A DNA stretch of 64,000 nucleotides. Origin: Chrysomallon squamiferum. Taxonomy: Eukaryota; Animalia; Mollusca. The position numbers were made by a program, and so were the translations under genes. How positions within the stretch are numbered: the stretch's first letter is position 1; each line of letters opens with the position of its first letter. The stretch covers positions 3,968,001-4,032,000 of the forward strand of contig CM022669.1 in the NCBI GenBank assembly GCA_012295275.1, given 5' to 3'. The notes under the pieces were generated by a model. It was not told where the DNA came from. It saw only the letters and a list, made by a program, of their open reading frames with translations, and did no database searches. Of the stretch, positions 14,989-28,999 are shown in pieces.

Positions 14989-15225
14989 TGAATTAATACC
15001 ACTGGCAATCAAAGATGTAATAATAATAACAATAACAACATCAGCAATAAACAATTTTATTTTAATCAGTGTCTAAGCATAATTAGCTTTATCAATAAAC
15101 TTAAATTGTTTTGGTCAAAATGTCAACATTTATATAAGTAAGAATATTTTTACATATGTAGGGCATTTCCTGTCTTTAGCTTTCAGCCTCCATACCGTAA
15201 TACTGGTTCAACAGAAATAAAATAA

Positions 15226-15276
<51 letters not shown>

Positions 15277-15410
15277 TGAAAAAATTAAAATAACATATCG
15301 CATAATGAAACGTAAACAGAGACACAAATATATGTATTGGCATTTATACACTGACACTCGTACTTTTATAGATATAATTCTTTTTTACACATAAATGCAG
15401 ATATACATGC

Positions 15411-15539
<129 letters not shown>

Positions 15540-15623
15540 CCCCTCCCTTCTTTGTATGTGTGGCTGTCTGTGTTTATGTGTCTGTATCATACGTGCAGAT
15601 ATTTTAAACAAAAGCAAACTTCT

Positions 15624-15887
15624 TCAGTTATAGTGTTCAGCAAATGAACCACGAACAAACTGTCTTTGGGCAGCTGTGAGTTTCATTACTGGTCTTTTGT
15701 GCAGACATTTTGTAAACAGTACACTTTTCTCCTGTTTTCGTTTCTTAGCAGTGGAGATGCGGAATGTGTGGGTTTGTACATTTTCTTCACACAGAAGATT
15801 AAATCTATCCCTGTAGTCTTCATTTATAGAACTTAAAAAAAATAATAATAAAACAGTATTATAATAACATTTATTACCAGTATTAAG

Positions 15888-15948
<61 letters not shown>

Positions 15949-16372
15949 TGATAATAATAATAATAATAATATGTAAATGTAAAATGGAAGAAAGCAATAT
16001 AAATCTGTTTTGTTTATTACTTCTACTCCTGCTGCTTCAACTACTATTACTATTGTTTACTATTACTATTATTATTATTATTATTATTATATTTTTTCAT
16101 TTTCTTCCATTTTTTTTTACTTCTTTTTTTTTTATAAATTTTTTTTTTTTTTTTTTTGTATTTACAAACTGTATATTGAATTTCTTTCAGCTGTTAAGTT
16201 TATCACTGTAGCAAAGTGTATATCAGTTGTTGTAAGTACGTACTTGTTTAGTTTCTCGTACAGACACGCTGTTAACGGGAGAACGCTGGAAGCAGCCGTG
16301 TCCAGCATATCCCGGGGGACAGGCCGCCTGGCCCACACGTTCTGATCTTCTCGCAACAGTTGCTGAAGATAT

Positions 16373-16403
<31 letters not shown>

Positions 16404-16416
16404 TATTATGATTTTT

Positions 16417-16448
<32 letters not shown>

Positions 16449-16517
16449 CAAAAATTTTTTTTACAAATATGTCATTATTAGGGTCATATAAATCCATTTA
16501 TACGTGATTATAAGTGT

Positions 16518-16587
<70 letters not shown>

Positions 16588-18161
16588 TAAACAGTAGATG
16601 ATCTGATGTTTTTACCTGTAGTTGGGGTGTAGGTTCGTGCAGTTGTATGCCAAATATTGAGCAAAGATTAAAGAAACTTATCATCCGGGGAGGTAATCCC
16701 TGCTGCTCTAATATCACGCTATACGCAGTCTTGTAAAAAGAAATAATAAACAATCATCATAAAATAAAGATGAAGATACTAAATTTTTTGAAATAATAAA
16801 TAATTATCATAAAATAAAGATGACGATTTTAGACTTTTAGAATATTTAGAAAATATTATCAAATTATCTATCTGTCTGTCTGTTGCAAAAGAAATAACAG
16901 AGGCTGCTTATTAAATAGAAAGTAATTACAAAATAATAAAGGGTATCAAAACGAGTATTATTATTGTTGTTGTTGTTGTTGTTATTTTACCTGCGTATCA
17001 AAACAGTTCCTCAGTTTCACGCCAAATTCAAAATGTAGCGCTGCAGAGACTGGTCCACAGTCGTGAATAACCTGAAATAAATAAATAAATAAGAAACGAA
17101 AATGGGGATATTTTTGTACAGTACACAAAACACAAGAATGATCGCAGTGCACATGCATGCATAAACATAAATAATATTGTTGCCAGGTTCAAATAGTAAA
17201 TTAATTTTAAAGTAGAGATATGGATTATAGGGAACAGGGAAGGAAATAAGTGGTAGTATTTTTATTTTATTGTATTTCATTCATTTCATTCATTCATTCA
17301 TTCATTCATTCATTCATTCATTTTTTTGAGTTAAGTTTTGTTCTCGATTTTATTTTATTTCATTATTTCATTCATTCATTCATTCATTCATTCATTTTTG
17401 AGTTTAGTTTTGTTCTCGATTAATTCACCTTCAGCACGTCTGTGGACTGTAAAAGACGAATCAAGCCACCGTCAAGGACGATGTTGCGATCTCGTCTGAC
17501 ATCAAAGGCGTGCACGCCATCTGAAGCTGAAACCACGACAAGGTGGATGGAACCTCCTGGTACAACGAAAAAACAAATTATTCATCATGTTTCCCTGTCT
17601 TGAGCAAACATCTCTGGACAGGTAACGTTTGTGCCCATCAGGATATGCTTACAATAATCTTATGAAAGAAGAATTGCTTAAATCATAACATACATAATAA
17701 TATTGATTTTGTTTCTTAATATAAATTATATGATGGCGAACATTAGTGTAAGTGTGCGGATTTCGTATACAAATAATAATTTAAGTATGTTACTTAATTT
17801 CAAAAGGTTATATTTAATCAATAAAAAAAACCCAAAAACCCAGATGATGATGATGATAATGATGGAAGCTAATAATAAAAAAAATAAGAAGAATTATTAT
17901 TATTATTTAATAATCCGCAAGGCACCTGCTATATTAACATTCGAATAACAATTATAAAATATGTATAGACGTATAAAACTGACCGGTAAACCAGCCATCT
18001 ACATTAATGGGAGAAACAACTGCGGTTGTGCCACTGTATTTACCTTTACTTCCTATCTCAGCTCCTTTGACGCTGACTCCGATGACGGGAGATGTCTGAA
18101 GAATTTTCTTAACTGTTTTCTCCGATGCTGATATGGAAGACACCAGATGTGTTCTGGGCAT
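15624..18161 (-). CDS. Egalitarian/EXD1-family 3'-5' exonuclease-domain protein, predicted catalytically dead (copy 1), 255 aa
   Basis: Exons 18161-18044, 17556-17429, 17071-16991, 16729-16616, 16362-16244, 15831-15624 (768 nt, in phase). Translation includes VIGVSVKG, HAFDV..IVLDGGLIRLLQSTDVLKVIHDC, FGVKLRNCFDTQ, ISFFNLC and REDQNVWARRP. These parallel the Egalitarian exonuclease-like domain as recalled (DGGL..KVIHDCRND..FGILLRNVFDTQ..RDQKFWAKRP). Confidence 0.85.
16521..16586. repeat. (TG)n microsatellite in an EXD-like intron
   Basis: Direct reading. Confidence 0.95.
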
Positions 18162-18806
18162 GACTGAATAATACATTACTTTCATCGTTATTATTATTTA
18201 ACGAACATTCTTTTTAACTTTTTCAGAATTAAATAATACTAATAACAACAACAACAACTGCTACTACAGTAAATAAATAAATAAATAAATAATAAAAAAC
18301 GGTTATCGTTTTATCATAAACTTTCTATGCATCAAGTTGAAGTATGATCGTTCAAAGTGCTTCATCAGGTTTTCATTAAACAGGACGAGTCCATAAGTGT
18401 TTGCTCTTGCGGAAAAGAACTGTAAACTAGTTTACAGTCATGTCACGAAAAAAAAGAAACATATCTTTCGATAATGTCTGTTTACTATGGATCAGTGATT
18501 TCTAAATATATCTAACCTGTAATAAAAATTAAGTATATCCTTTGTCAGTCGATTAAGTCGTCTAAAATATTTCCGAAGCGTCGTCCGGTTGTCATGGGGC
18601 TGGTCACCTCTACAGCTGTTGTCGCAAAAAAGAGTGCAGCAAGGGGAATAACAAAGGTATCGATTTGCAAACGGATTATTACGGGGATATCTTTCAGCAA
18701 AACATTTTTCAGTAGCAACAATATTCACACTGTTACACTTCTTGTGACGTTACTGCTAAACTATAGGAATTGTGTTAGTGACTTTCCTTTAGAGAAGTGA
18801 TCCGAT

Positions 18807-18937
18807 TTCCGGAACACGGTTTAAGAATAGAAACAGAAAAGTTAGACAGTCTGTTTTACCTGTATTCTAATCTGTCTTAGCATACGGTTACTACTCTACC
18901 GTTTATACGCTGTGGCGTCATATCATTGCTGACGTCA
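18807..18937. promoter_or_regulatory. Putative shared promoter between divergent EXD-like and NUDT2 genes: CRE palindrome TGACGTCA (18930-18937), variant TGGCGTCA (18913-18920), ETS-like TTCCGGAA (18807-18814)
   Basis: Motifs read directly between head-to-head genes. CRE motifs are conserved in copy 2, where the ETS-like site is changed to TTCCAGAA. Confidence 0.4.
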
Positions 18938-19109
18938 TATTGCTGTTAACGCATTTACTGATGAAATTGAAGTGTGCAAACCAATAAGCAGTAAAAAGGC
19001 AAAATCAATGAAATTTCGGGATAAATGCATATATTTTATTGCCAAACTGTCAAGCTGGAAATATTATTATTATTTTAAATCTTCTCCTTTACACAACCGA
19101 CACATCATA

Positions 19110-19164
<55 letters not shown>

Positions 19165-19324
19165 GTTATTTAATTTAATTTAATTTATTCATTTATTATT
19201 AATAGTAGGTGTTGTTGTAGTAGTTATAGTAGCAGTAGTTATTGTTATAGTAATAGTGGTAAAATATTTTATATTTTCGGAAGAACAATAGACGGACTAC
19301 AACTACTAACAACAACAACAACAA

Positions 19325-19362
<38 letters not shown>

Positions 19363-19608
19363 ATTTTTTTTATCATAAGTAAAAGAAAAGTCTAAAACGG
19401 AGGTATTGTATGATAGCAATATCTTCAACGGCAAGTGTAATATAAAATGCAGGTGTTTAGGCCTATTTTAGTTTTTAAAAAAACTAGTCTGTAATGTTTC
19501 TGCGAATGTTGTAACTGCTTGGGAAGAGCAGAGAAATAGTTGTACATTTTTAAAAGATCCTACAATTTCATGGCGCACCACACTGGTAAAAACGAGAGAG
19601 AAATTAAA

Positions 19609-19953
19609 ATGGCGTCTGGCCCAGTCCGCGCTGCTGGTTTTATTATTTATAGACATTTAAAGGGAGATATCCAGTATTTGCTTCTACAAACGTCGTATGG
19701 TCAACATGACTGGACTCCACCAAAAGGTTAAAAACATGTATTTATATACCTCTCTGTAAATTATGTGCCAGTTTTGTATGTAAATATAAAACCGCGACAA
19801 TGACACATTTTGGAGGTCAAATCATTACCATATTTGTTTAGCCATGTAGACATTTCGTCCCATATAATTTTCACATTGCAGACTTGAGTGTCATGTCAAA
19901 TTAAATAAATCTTTAATAGATAATATTGTGAATATCATTATTTCATTTTTTTA

Positions 19954-20008
<55 letters not shown>

Positions 20009-20326
20009 GTTCAGAAATAATATAATAGTTTGGGAAATGATAAAACAATTTATTTTATTTAGAAAAGAAAAAAAAAGAAAAAAGAACAAAACGCAAACAA
20101 ACAAATGACTATTATTATTATTGATCATTCATTATTATTAATTTTGATTATTTTATAATTGTTGATATTATTGAATTATTCATTGTTGTTGTTATTACTG
20201 AATCATTCATTAAATGTATTATCATTGTCTGATTGTTATTACTGTGAATATTTTATCATTGTTATTGTTGTTGTCACTATCATCATTATCATCATCAACA
20301 TCATCATCATCATCATCATCATCATA

Positions 20327-20373
<47 letters not shown>

Positions 20374-20694
20374 CCAGGTCATGTTGATCCTGGAGAAGAT
20401 GAGTACCAAACTGCAGTACGGGAAACAGAAGAGGAAGCTGGGCTGAAGGCAGATGACCTCAGAGTACACAGAGAGTTTGAAAACACACTCAGCTACCAAG
20501 TGAAAGGCTCACCAAAGACCGTGGTGTACTGGCTGGCTGAGATAAAAGACTCTCAGAAGCCTGTAACTCTCTCACGTGAGCACTGTGACTACAAATGGGT
20601 GGCATTACAGGATGCTTGTGCACTTGCTAAATACAAAGACTTGCAACAGCTGTTGAAACAAGCTGAAGATTTTCTCAGAAACTCACAGAAGTAA
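19609..20694 (+). CDS. NUDT2: Bis(5'-nucleosyl)-tetraphosphatase (asymmetrical) / Ap4A hydrolase, 144 aa (copy 1, intact)
   Basis: Exons 19609-19726 and 20378-20694. RAAGFIIYR..IQYLLLQTSYGQHDWTPPKG|HVDPGEDEYQTAVRETEEEAG contains a full Nudix box, followed by PKTVVYWLAE and LSREHCDYKW. An in-frame upstream ATG lies at 19570. Confidence 0.95.
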
Positions 20695-20984
20695 CTGTTC
20701 TGAGACTATAGAATGATTTTATTTATAAAATTGTTTTAATTATTTATTTATAATATCATTCAAGGTGCTGATTGTATAAGCAGTTACATCTGCCATAAAA
20801 CAGCAAAGATTTGATATACACATATCCATAGCAAATGTTTGGTGTTAGTCTCACTGAAGATCTATTTGTAAGAACTTTTCTTTTTCTCGATCGTTTGTTG
20901 ACTGCAGTTATGGCCAGCAGTGAGTATGAAAGATGCTGTTCTAGGAGTGGTTATCTTTTGTTGTTGTTGTTTTTATTTTTACCA

Positions 20985-21184
20985 NNNNNNNNNNNNNNNN
21001 NNNNNNNNNNNNNNNNNNNNNNNNNNNNNNNNNNNNNNNNNNNNNNNNNNNNNNNNNNNNNNNNNNNNNNNNNNNNNNNNNNNNNNNNNNNNNNNNNNNN
21101 NNNNNNNNNNNNNNNNNNNNNNNNNNNNNNNNNNNNNNNNNNNNNNNNNNNNNNNNNNNNNNNNNNNNNNNNNNNNNNNNNNNN
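20985..21184. other. Assembly gap (200 N)
   Basis: Run of N; the round size indicates a scaffolding join. Confidence 0.99.
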
Positions 21185-22755
21185 TGCTTTATCGCATTGT
21201 AGATATACACAGCAAAGTCATTACAGACTGCATCTCTCTTGCCAAATTTTCTAGCCTTTCCTTTTTCTTTCGAATATTGCTCCGAGTATAACTGATGTCA
21301 TCGTGCCCCTGGGCCTTATTAACCCTAAGGTTTCGTGGTTTCGTGTCTCACTTCGGTTAAAACACCTTTAACCATGAAAACATACAGCACACATAACACT
21401 GCCACAGAAAAAAAGAGGAATAAATAAATAAATAAATAAAATAAAATAAATAAAATAAATAAATAAAAAAAATAACATAAAATAAAATAAAATAATTGAT
21501 AAATAAATAAATGAAATAAATAAATAATCTTCATAGGCCCTTGGTTTCAGCATATTGAGCCTTATTAATAATATGGCCCTCTATAGGTGCCTGTGCCTTT
21601 CACACAGATGAAGTTTATTTTTTATTTTTTATTTATTTATTTATTTTAAATCTCTTTATGTTTTCGTTAATTATACCATTAATATAAAAAAGTATGAAAT
21701 GTCAAATGACGATATTATTATTCTTATTATTATTATTATTAATAGTAGTAGTAGTAGTAGTTCTAATTAATTGTGTCAAATTATTCTAATAAAGCTGATT
21801 TTTTATCATTAATATTCCATCCCCTGTTACAAACCGAATTACTGTTCATGCTAGATGAGCGTAAGTCAACATCAGAGCTGTGATAGAAAGTAGTATCAAA
21901 TACGTTTAGTGCGTTCTTTGACATATTTCACGTTCAACCAGCTCCTTATGGCCGTTTTGTCAACAGTGATGCTCTGTATCGAAATGGAATGGGAAGGTAT
22001 ATATAAAATATTCCTTCTTGCTAATTTTAAGAAAAGTCCATGATAAGTTGGTATTGAAATCTCTCGTTCATATTATGTTGCAAAGAAAACACTAACTTGG
22101 CAACGATTAAACGTGTTCTTATTTATATTCACAGTCATTCGGTAGGTAACGTTTTGTATATTTTTGTCACTGGACTGCTTTGTTGTAAAGATTAAGGTTT
22201 TCAGTATGTTTTTCTGAAAAGATGTTAATCGATCGTTAACAGGTATTGTTACTATCATTATCCTTTAACAGCCATTAAAAAAAAAAAAAAAAAAAGACAA
22301 TATTATTAACATATAAACAGATTGCTAAAACATCCAGAAATTTGTCTTTTTTCGTTATATATCTTTTACTCTTTTTTTTTGTTTGTTCTATAAGATAAAA
22401 GATAATAAAATATTTTTATTAGCACTCTAAAGCCAACACTATTCCTACTCTGCAGCTAAAAATTACTACTACTACTACAATTACTGAAAACATTACGATA
22501 ATCGTATACAAGGGACCGGAAATATTAAGCGATGATAATTAGAACTAATAAGCATATTAATTACAACTGAAAAACAAAAGAAAGGTAAATAAAATCCAAG
22601 TTTGTACATAAGCAGAATAGTTAATTATTTTATTTTATTTTTATTAATTAATAATGTTCTCCTTTAACTGTAGAACGGAGAATCCCTCTTCGCACTGTAG
22701 TTTCTGATTAAGTGTTAAGTTTTGCGAATATCAAAAAAAAAAAAAAAATAAATAA

Positions 22756-22830
<75 letters not shown>

Positions 22831-24663
22831 AAATTAATAAAAAAGTTAATGGAGCAGATATCTGTGTCTGTGTTTGTAGAAATCAAAAACACAGGAAGGT
22901 AGAATGATGTGAACAAGAGGTCAAATATACACATTTGTAGTGTTCATTACTGATTCAGATTAATAATATTATTCAGTTTAAATGGTTATTCATTTATGTT
23001 TTATTTGTGGGGTTTTTTACTGGATAATGGCTCGTTTACCCAGAATTAGGACGGGTTTTAAAAATATATCAAATTATGTTTTACGTTCCAATGAACTAGT
23101 GATAAAAATATTTCGAAATTATGTTTTGTAAAACGTCCTCAAGTATGTCTTTCATTCGGAATACGTCGGCCAGTTACGTTTCTTCAATTGGCTGGTTGCA
23201 TCGGCCGAGGAGTTCGAAAATGGAAAACATATAATTTATGGAGGTTACCTTCTGAAAAGATATAAAATGTTCTACCAGATACAAATTAAAAGTGAATCCT
23301 TCAATACGTAGTTCACATCAGTACATGTTATAGTTACATTTTTTTTTTTTTTTTTTTTAGAATTATTATTATTATTACATCATTTTATTGCAGTTTATTT
23401 AATTGGCCAATGAGCAATTCACCTAGACGAATTCAGTTGTTGAAATGTAAAACGTAATTATTATTATCGTAATGGCGTCGAACGATTGAAAAGATTGAAC
23501 TTAGAAGTAAATTATATGTCATGGTATTCAGGTTAACCACAAACAGAGAAGGCAGGTCTATTAAATTAAACCTTAATCATTGTTATGTAGTCGGGTTGTG
23601 GACAAAATAAAGATTAGATATTGCCACTTGCTATTGTTGATCAAGAAAACATGGAGTGCAGTTTGTTGCATTATCACAGTACGGCAGTGACAGAAAACAA
23701 TCAACGGTTTGTCATTTGGAAACAAAGTTGATCAAATGTCTGATGAAATCACGTAATTATTCTGTCAGCCTCTCAGTCTGTTGTAAATTGAATGTCTAAC
23801 ATTCAATTTTTTGTCTTAACAGAAATTTGGATGTTAGTTTTAGTTAATCATAATGATAATGCCTCGAATATAAATGATACTACATGTAACAATCAATTTT
23901 CTAGTACTGTCATTTATTAATTTAAATAACATTTATGGCTGTGAAGGAAAACTAAATATTTAAAATTGACAATATATATATATATATATATATATACACA
24001 TTGTTATTATTTATTTTATTTTATTAATTTTTTTAATAATATATGCATTATTTTATATTGAAATGCTGCTTTCCAATAACTGTCATAATACAAGTTTACC
24101 CAAAATATCAAAAAAACAACCCAACTCCATCTACAGTAATCAACAATAATATATATTTATTTCTGTATATATACATCTTTCTACTAATATTAAAAAAAAA
24201 GTACAGATACATATTTAAATAAAACAAGTTTAATTTTTAAGGTATTTCATTTTAATTACACCAACTAAAAAGAGAAAAAAGAAGTAAAAATACCTGTATA
24301 AATAATAACAGTCAGGTTTAATGTATTAAATTTTAGTCAGATTACACTTATTATGACAAAATATGTAATTCACTTATTTAAGAAATGTAATAAATCATAC
24401 AGTAACTGAAATAAGAAAATTGCATTTCCCCTATTAGTTCATTTTACATTGGTTAAATTTGATAAAATGTATATAAATAAGTTGTTTGATTATTTGTAAC
24501 TCTTAAAACCAAACCTTTAAGATGGAAAAACATCTAAATATATCCTGCATTTCTTCTGACTTACATTTATTTATTTTCTTTTTGCTGTTTTTTTTGTTTT
24601 GTTTGTTTTTTGTCTTAATTATTAATGAAGTAAAACAAACAAACAAATAATAATAATAATAGT

Positions 24664-24702
<39 letters not shown>

Positions 24703-25023
24703 TTAAATAAATAAAAAAATAAATAAATAAAATAAAAAAATAAAAAAATGTAGTTTCAAAATATTTTCACCATGCCATTTTTTTTTTGTAATCATATTTG
24801 AGGTTTTTCATTCTAGGCAGACCAATATAGTCCAATTCTTTATTTTCTGTTTTAGTAAAATTATTATTTTTAAAAGTGGCATTTAAATGTTTTATATGAA
24901 TGTTATTTAATTATTACTCTTAATTATAATCAATATGTCAGCTTAAAAACAAAAACATAATAACTTGAAAGTGTGAAAAAAGAATTTTCTTAGACTGCCA
25001 GAGATACATTCTAAGTCTTGTTT

Positions 25024-25702
25024 TCAGAAAATAATGTGATCTAATTTTTCCTCTTCAATATTCAGACACTCAAGTTGAAGGTATGGATGACATCGTGTTT
25101 CAAAAGTTGCTAGTCCTGTAGTGATGGTTTTTAACAAAAATTCTGAAAATAAAACAAATATATAAAATTAACATCAAAAAGTAAGTAAAAATAATGTAAT
25201 ATTAAATAGAAACAACTGTAAACATAATAAAATGCATCAAATTAAATTATTGTGAAGATTTACTGTTTCATATACTTAGTGAATTGCCTAATTGTAGTTT
25301 GTGATTGGTACAAAAAAACAAAACAAAAAACATGTTATGTGATCCCAGACTTATTCCAAACATCTTGAGGTTAATCAACTTGTAATTATAAACTTGTTAA
25401 ATAATTTGTTATCTTCATGTCCATAAATATCATTAATTAATTATCAGATCTTAACTTTATCATTATAAAATGGAATGTGACATATGAATTGAATTATTAA
25501 AAAAAAAAAACAAGGGACTTGATATGGCACAACATATGACACAAAATAAAATATGTCATGGTTAACACTTAAGAATTATACGTGAAGAATATTTAGAGAA
25601 TAATTAAAAATGCTGCAACAATAATTAAGATTTAAAATCAGCAGTTTTGTATTTTGTTTTAAAAAAAAAAATATAAAAATAAAATTAAATTAAAAAAATT
25701 AA

Positions 25703-25759
<57 letters not shown>

Positions 25760-27782
25760 AACAATAATAAAATATGTTTTATAGAATTTTTCAAAAAAAT
25801 TAATAAAGAAATAAATATCTTAAAATTAGATAGCTTAAAATATTAAAACACTGCCCCCACTCTGTCAGAATAATTAATTTTCAATGTATGTAATAAAATA
25901 CCTTGTAAGGTGCTATAGAATATGTATATAAGACTGAAAAAAAAAAAATGTGCATCTTATGACACTGTAAAATGTTTAAAAATTGAATAAAAGCTTGGTA
26001 AGTTATTAAAACAACCATAGGACACATTTTTACTGAAGTAATATGGCAGAGTGAAAGGTAACGCACCATCTATTGTCAAGTTGTTGATATTCATTGATCC
26101 ACGCTTAACTCTCATGTAAACACATCTTTTCACTTGGAAGCTGTCACAAAGCAGCATAAGAAAACTTTTCACAGGTGAATCAACTTGATTATATCCAGAA
26201 AACTATAAATAAAGCACCAATATTAGCAATGAGTGGGTGTGTTTATGCATGTGCATGTGTGTGTATGTCAGTGTGTGCATTTATTTATTTATTTATCTTT
26301 TTATTTTATTATATTTTATTTTATTTTATTTTATTTTATTTTATTTGTATTCCATAAAATCCAGTGAATATCGAACACTCTCATTATAGTTAACACATTT
26401 TTTCAAAGAAATTTTTTAATTAATACCAGCTTTAATAAATTAACGAGATGTTAAAATTACCTGATTAACAAAAACCTCTCCCTGCTGCTGAAGAACTGTC
26501 TGAAGATCCTTCCATTCTTCACAAGATAAACACAGAAGTCTGCGAACAAGATCAGCACTGCGAAATGAAACCACAGCAGAAGCACTTCCATCATCAACCA
26601 GCACACTTCACAAGTAAAATAAACCAATAAATAAATAAATAAGTAAATAAACAAATAAGTAAACAGAATAATAAATAAAAAATGGCAGACAGGAATAATC
26701 TAAAAAGTACTATCTTTATTTTTATAAATGGATATTTGTACTAAAATGTTTTTAAAAATAATAAGAAATTATTCAGAAACGAAAACCTAAATATTTTCAA
26801 AACTTAATACAAAAAATATATATTCAGAATCTTATGAATAATAACATGCTTTCATTTCAGTAATAAAATAACAACAGTTTAATATCAAACCTGGCTTGTG
26901 CGGATACTTCTGATGAACTGATGCTACTGGCACATGCTTTGAGAGTAGAACTTGAGTTGTAACCTGTAGGTACCATGCGTAAAGACAGTTTCATGAATGT
27001 GCAGATGTGACAGTTGACTTGAAAATGTCCTGGTGTAGAGTTATTGTACAAATCTGCTAGAAACAGTGGCTTAGATATTAGAACTTCATCTTTAAATGTG
27101 TGCAGTGCTGGCTGTGATAACAAACTAAAAAAACAAAAAAAACATTCATCACATAATAAATTTCCTGTTCCAACTTTTAAATTGGCTTCTCACACGTAAA
27201 TTGCTATTTTTTGGTAAATTCCTATTCCAACTTGTGGCTCCTTAATGGCTATGACATGGATTTTGATCCTAGCTTGTGCACCAAAACTGGCAAATCATAT
27301 GCTGTAAAAACTGTTTACTGTTTACAGCAAATTCCCAATCTAGCCAGCACCATAAGATGTATGCATTATATCTATGGCAAAATGCTTATAAACACTTCCA
27401 CATTTCTCACTGATAAAAGTAGCCCCTGAATGGCAGTTGTGGATAATCACTCTCATGAATGTTATTATATTTAAAAAAAAAAAAAAAAAAAAAGTGTTAA
27501 ACTTGATGCAAATAAATATTCCCTGTGATGTTAAATGGTCATCAACAGATTTATTCACAGATTTTTTAAATAAAAAAAATGAAGGTAGGAAATAAATTAA
27601 CATTTATCGATTTAAATTACAATTTAATATCAATTCTTAGCCAAGTTCCTGCTAAAACAAATTAAATGTTTTACTGTAAGTGTTTTATCTATCACAGTAA
27701 CAGGTGCACCCACACACACACACACAAACACACAACAGAACTTTGTGTAATCTATTTACCTAGAATTATCTGAATAGATTTT

Positions 27783-27830
<48 letters not shown>

Positions 27831-28820
27831 CAGAACTTTGTGTAATCTATTTACCTAGGAGTATCTGAATGGATTTTAAACACAGACACAGTGGACACTG
27901 GGATGAACAGACAGTACACTGTACCAGCTGCTGACAGGTGTCTTTCCAGGCGAGTAAACATCACACCCGCACCAGGTACCAGTCCCAGGGGATAGGACAG
28001 ATTAGTCAGGTTCATGTAGACACACACAGAACTAGTCTGACTATCACCAACCTGAACACACAGACTTGTACCATACATCACTGATACACCTGCAATTGTA
28101 ATCATTATGATCTTTTAAAATTACATAAAGGTTTACCATCATAACAGATATACCTGCAGTTATATTTATTATAATAATAATTATCATCATCTTAATAGTA
28201 ATCTATTCTATTCTGGGTTTTTTATTTTAACTATATCAAAAATGTATATAAAAAAATTAGTTTAAAATGTAACTAAACTGATATCTGTAACTTAGTGGCA
28301 TTTCTTATGATGTTGCTAAATTAACAAATGTTTAATTTGCCAAAACATCTTTTTGATATTTACTGATGGAATACTACTTTTACATTACCCTAAATAAAAA
28401 GAAATGAATTTAAAAAAATAAAAAACAATAAAAAAATAAATAAATGTAAGGGATATAAAATAATATCCTCCTCCATTCAATCATATGATTTTATTACTGG
28501 CATTCAGTTAAATTAACCTAGTAATTCTGTATGATGAGAAATTTAACATCTGAAACAACAGGTATTGACTTAAGATATGATTATTTTCAACAAACCTGAT
28601 GTTTTATTTCTGCTCTCCAGTTCATCACTGCTGCACATTTTAAACACCTTTGTGTCAGGCAAATGTTTCCTGGACAAAATCATACCCTTAATACTCACCA
28701 AAGTACCTGAAAAACTATAAAAAACAATATTTAAGGATATTATTAATTTATAAAATATTGTTACAAAAGAAAATATTTCATAAATTTTTCTATCTGTTAA
28801 AAACCTATTTTTTTAATTTC

Positions 28821-28855
<35 letters not shown>

Positions 28856-28964
28856 CTGTTTTTGTTGTTAGTGAACCTTTTAAATTATAATTTTCTTCAT
28901 CATTATAATTCTTTCAAATTATCATTAGCATCATCCTTATCATTATAATTTTTTCATTTTATTA

Positions 28965-28999
<35 letters not shown>

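Noticed and set aside
18492-18800. ORFs upstream of the EXD-like gene as an N-terminal extension
   Set aside because: A 2-nt indel between copies breaks the frames; more likely a 5' UTR exon or promoter.
20835-21291. ORFs spanning the N run
   Set aside because: Artefacts of the gap.
21185-21345. Minus-strand peptide LRVNKAQGHDDIS resembling the LINE reverse-transcriptase N-terminal motif
   Set aside because: Too short, with no following RT motifs; cannot support a mobile element call.
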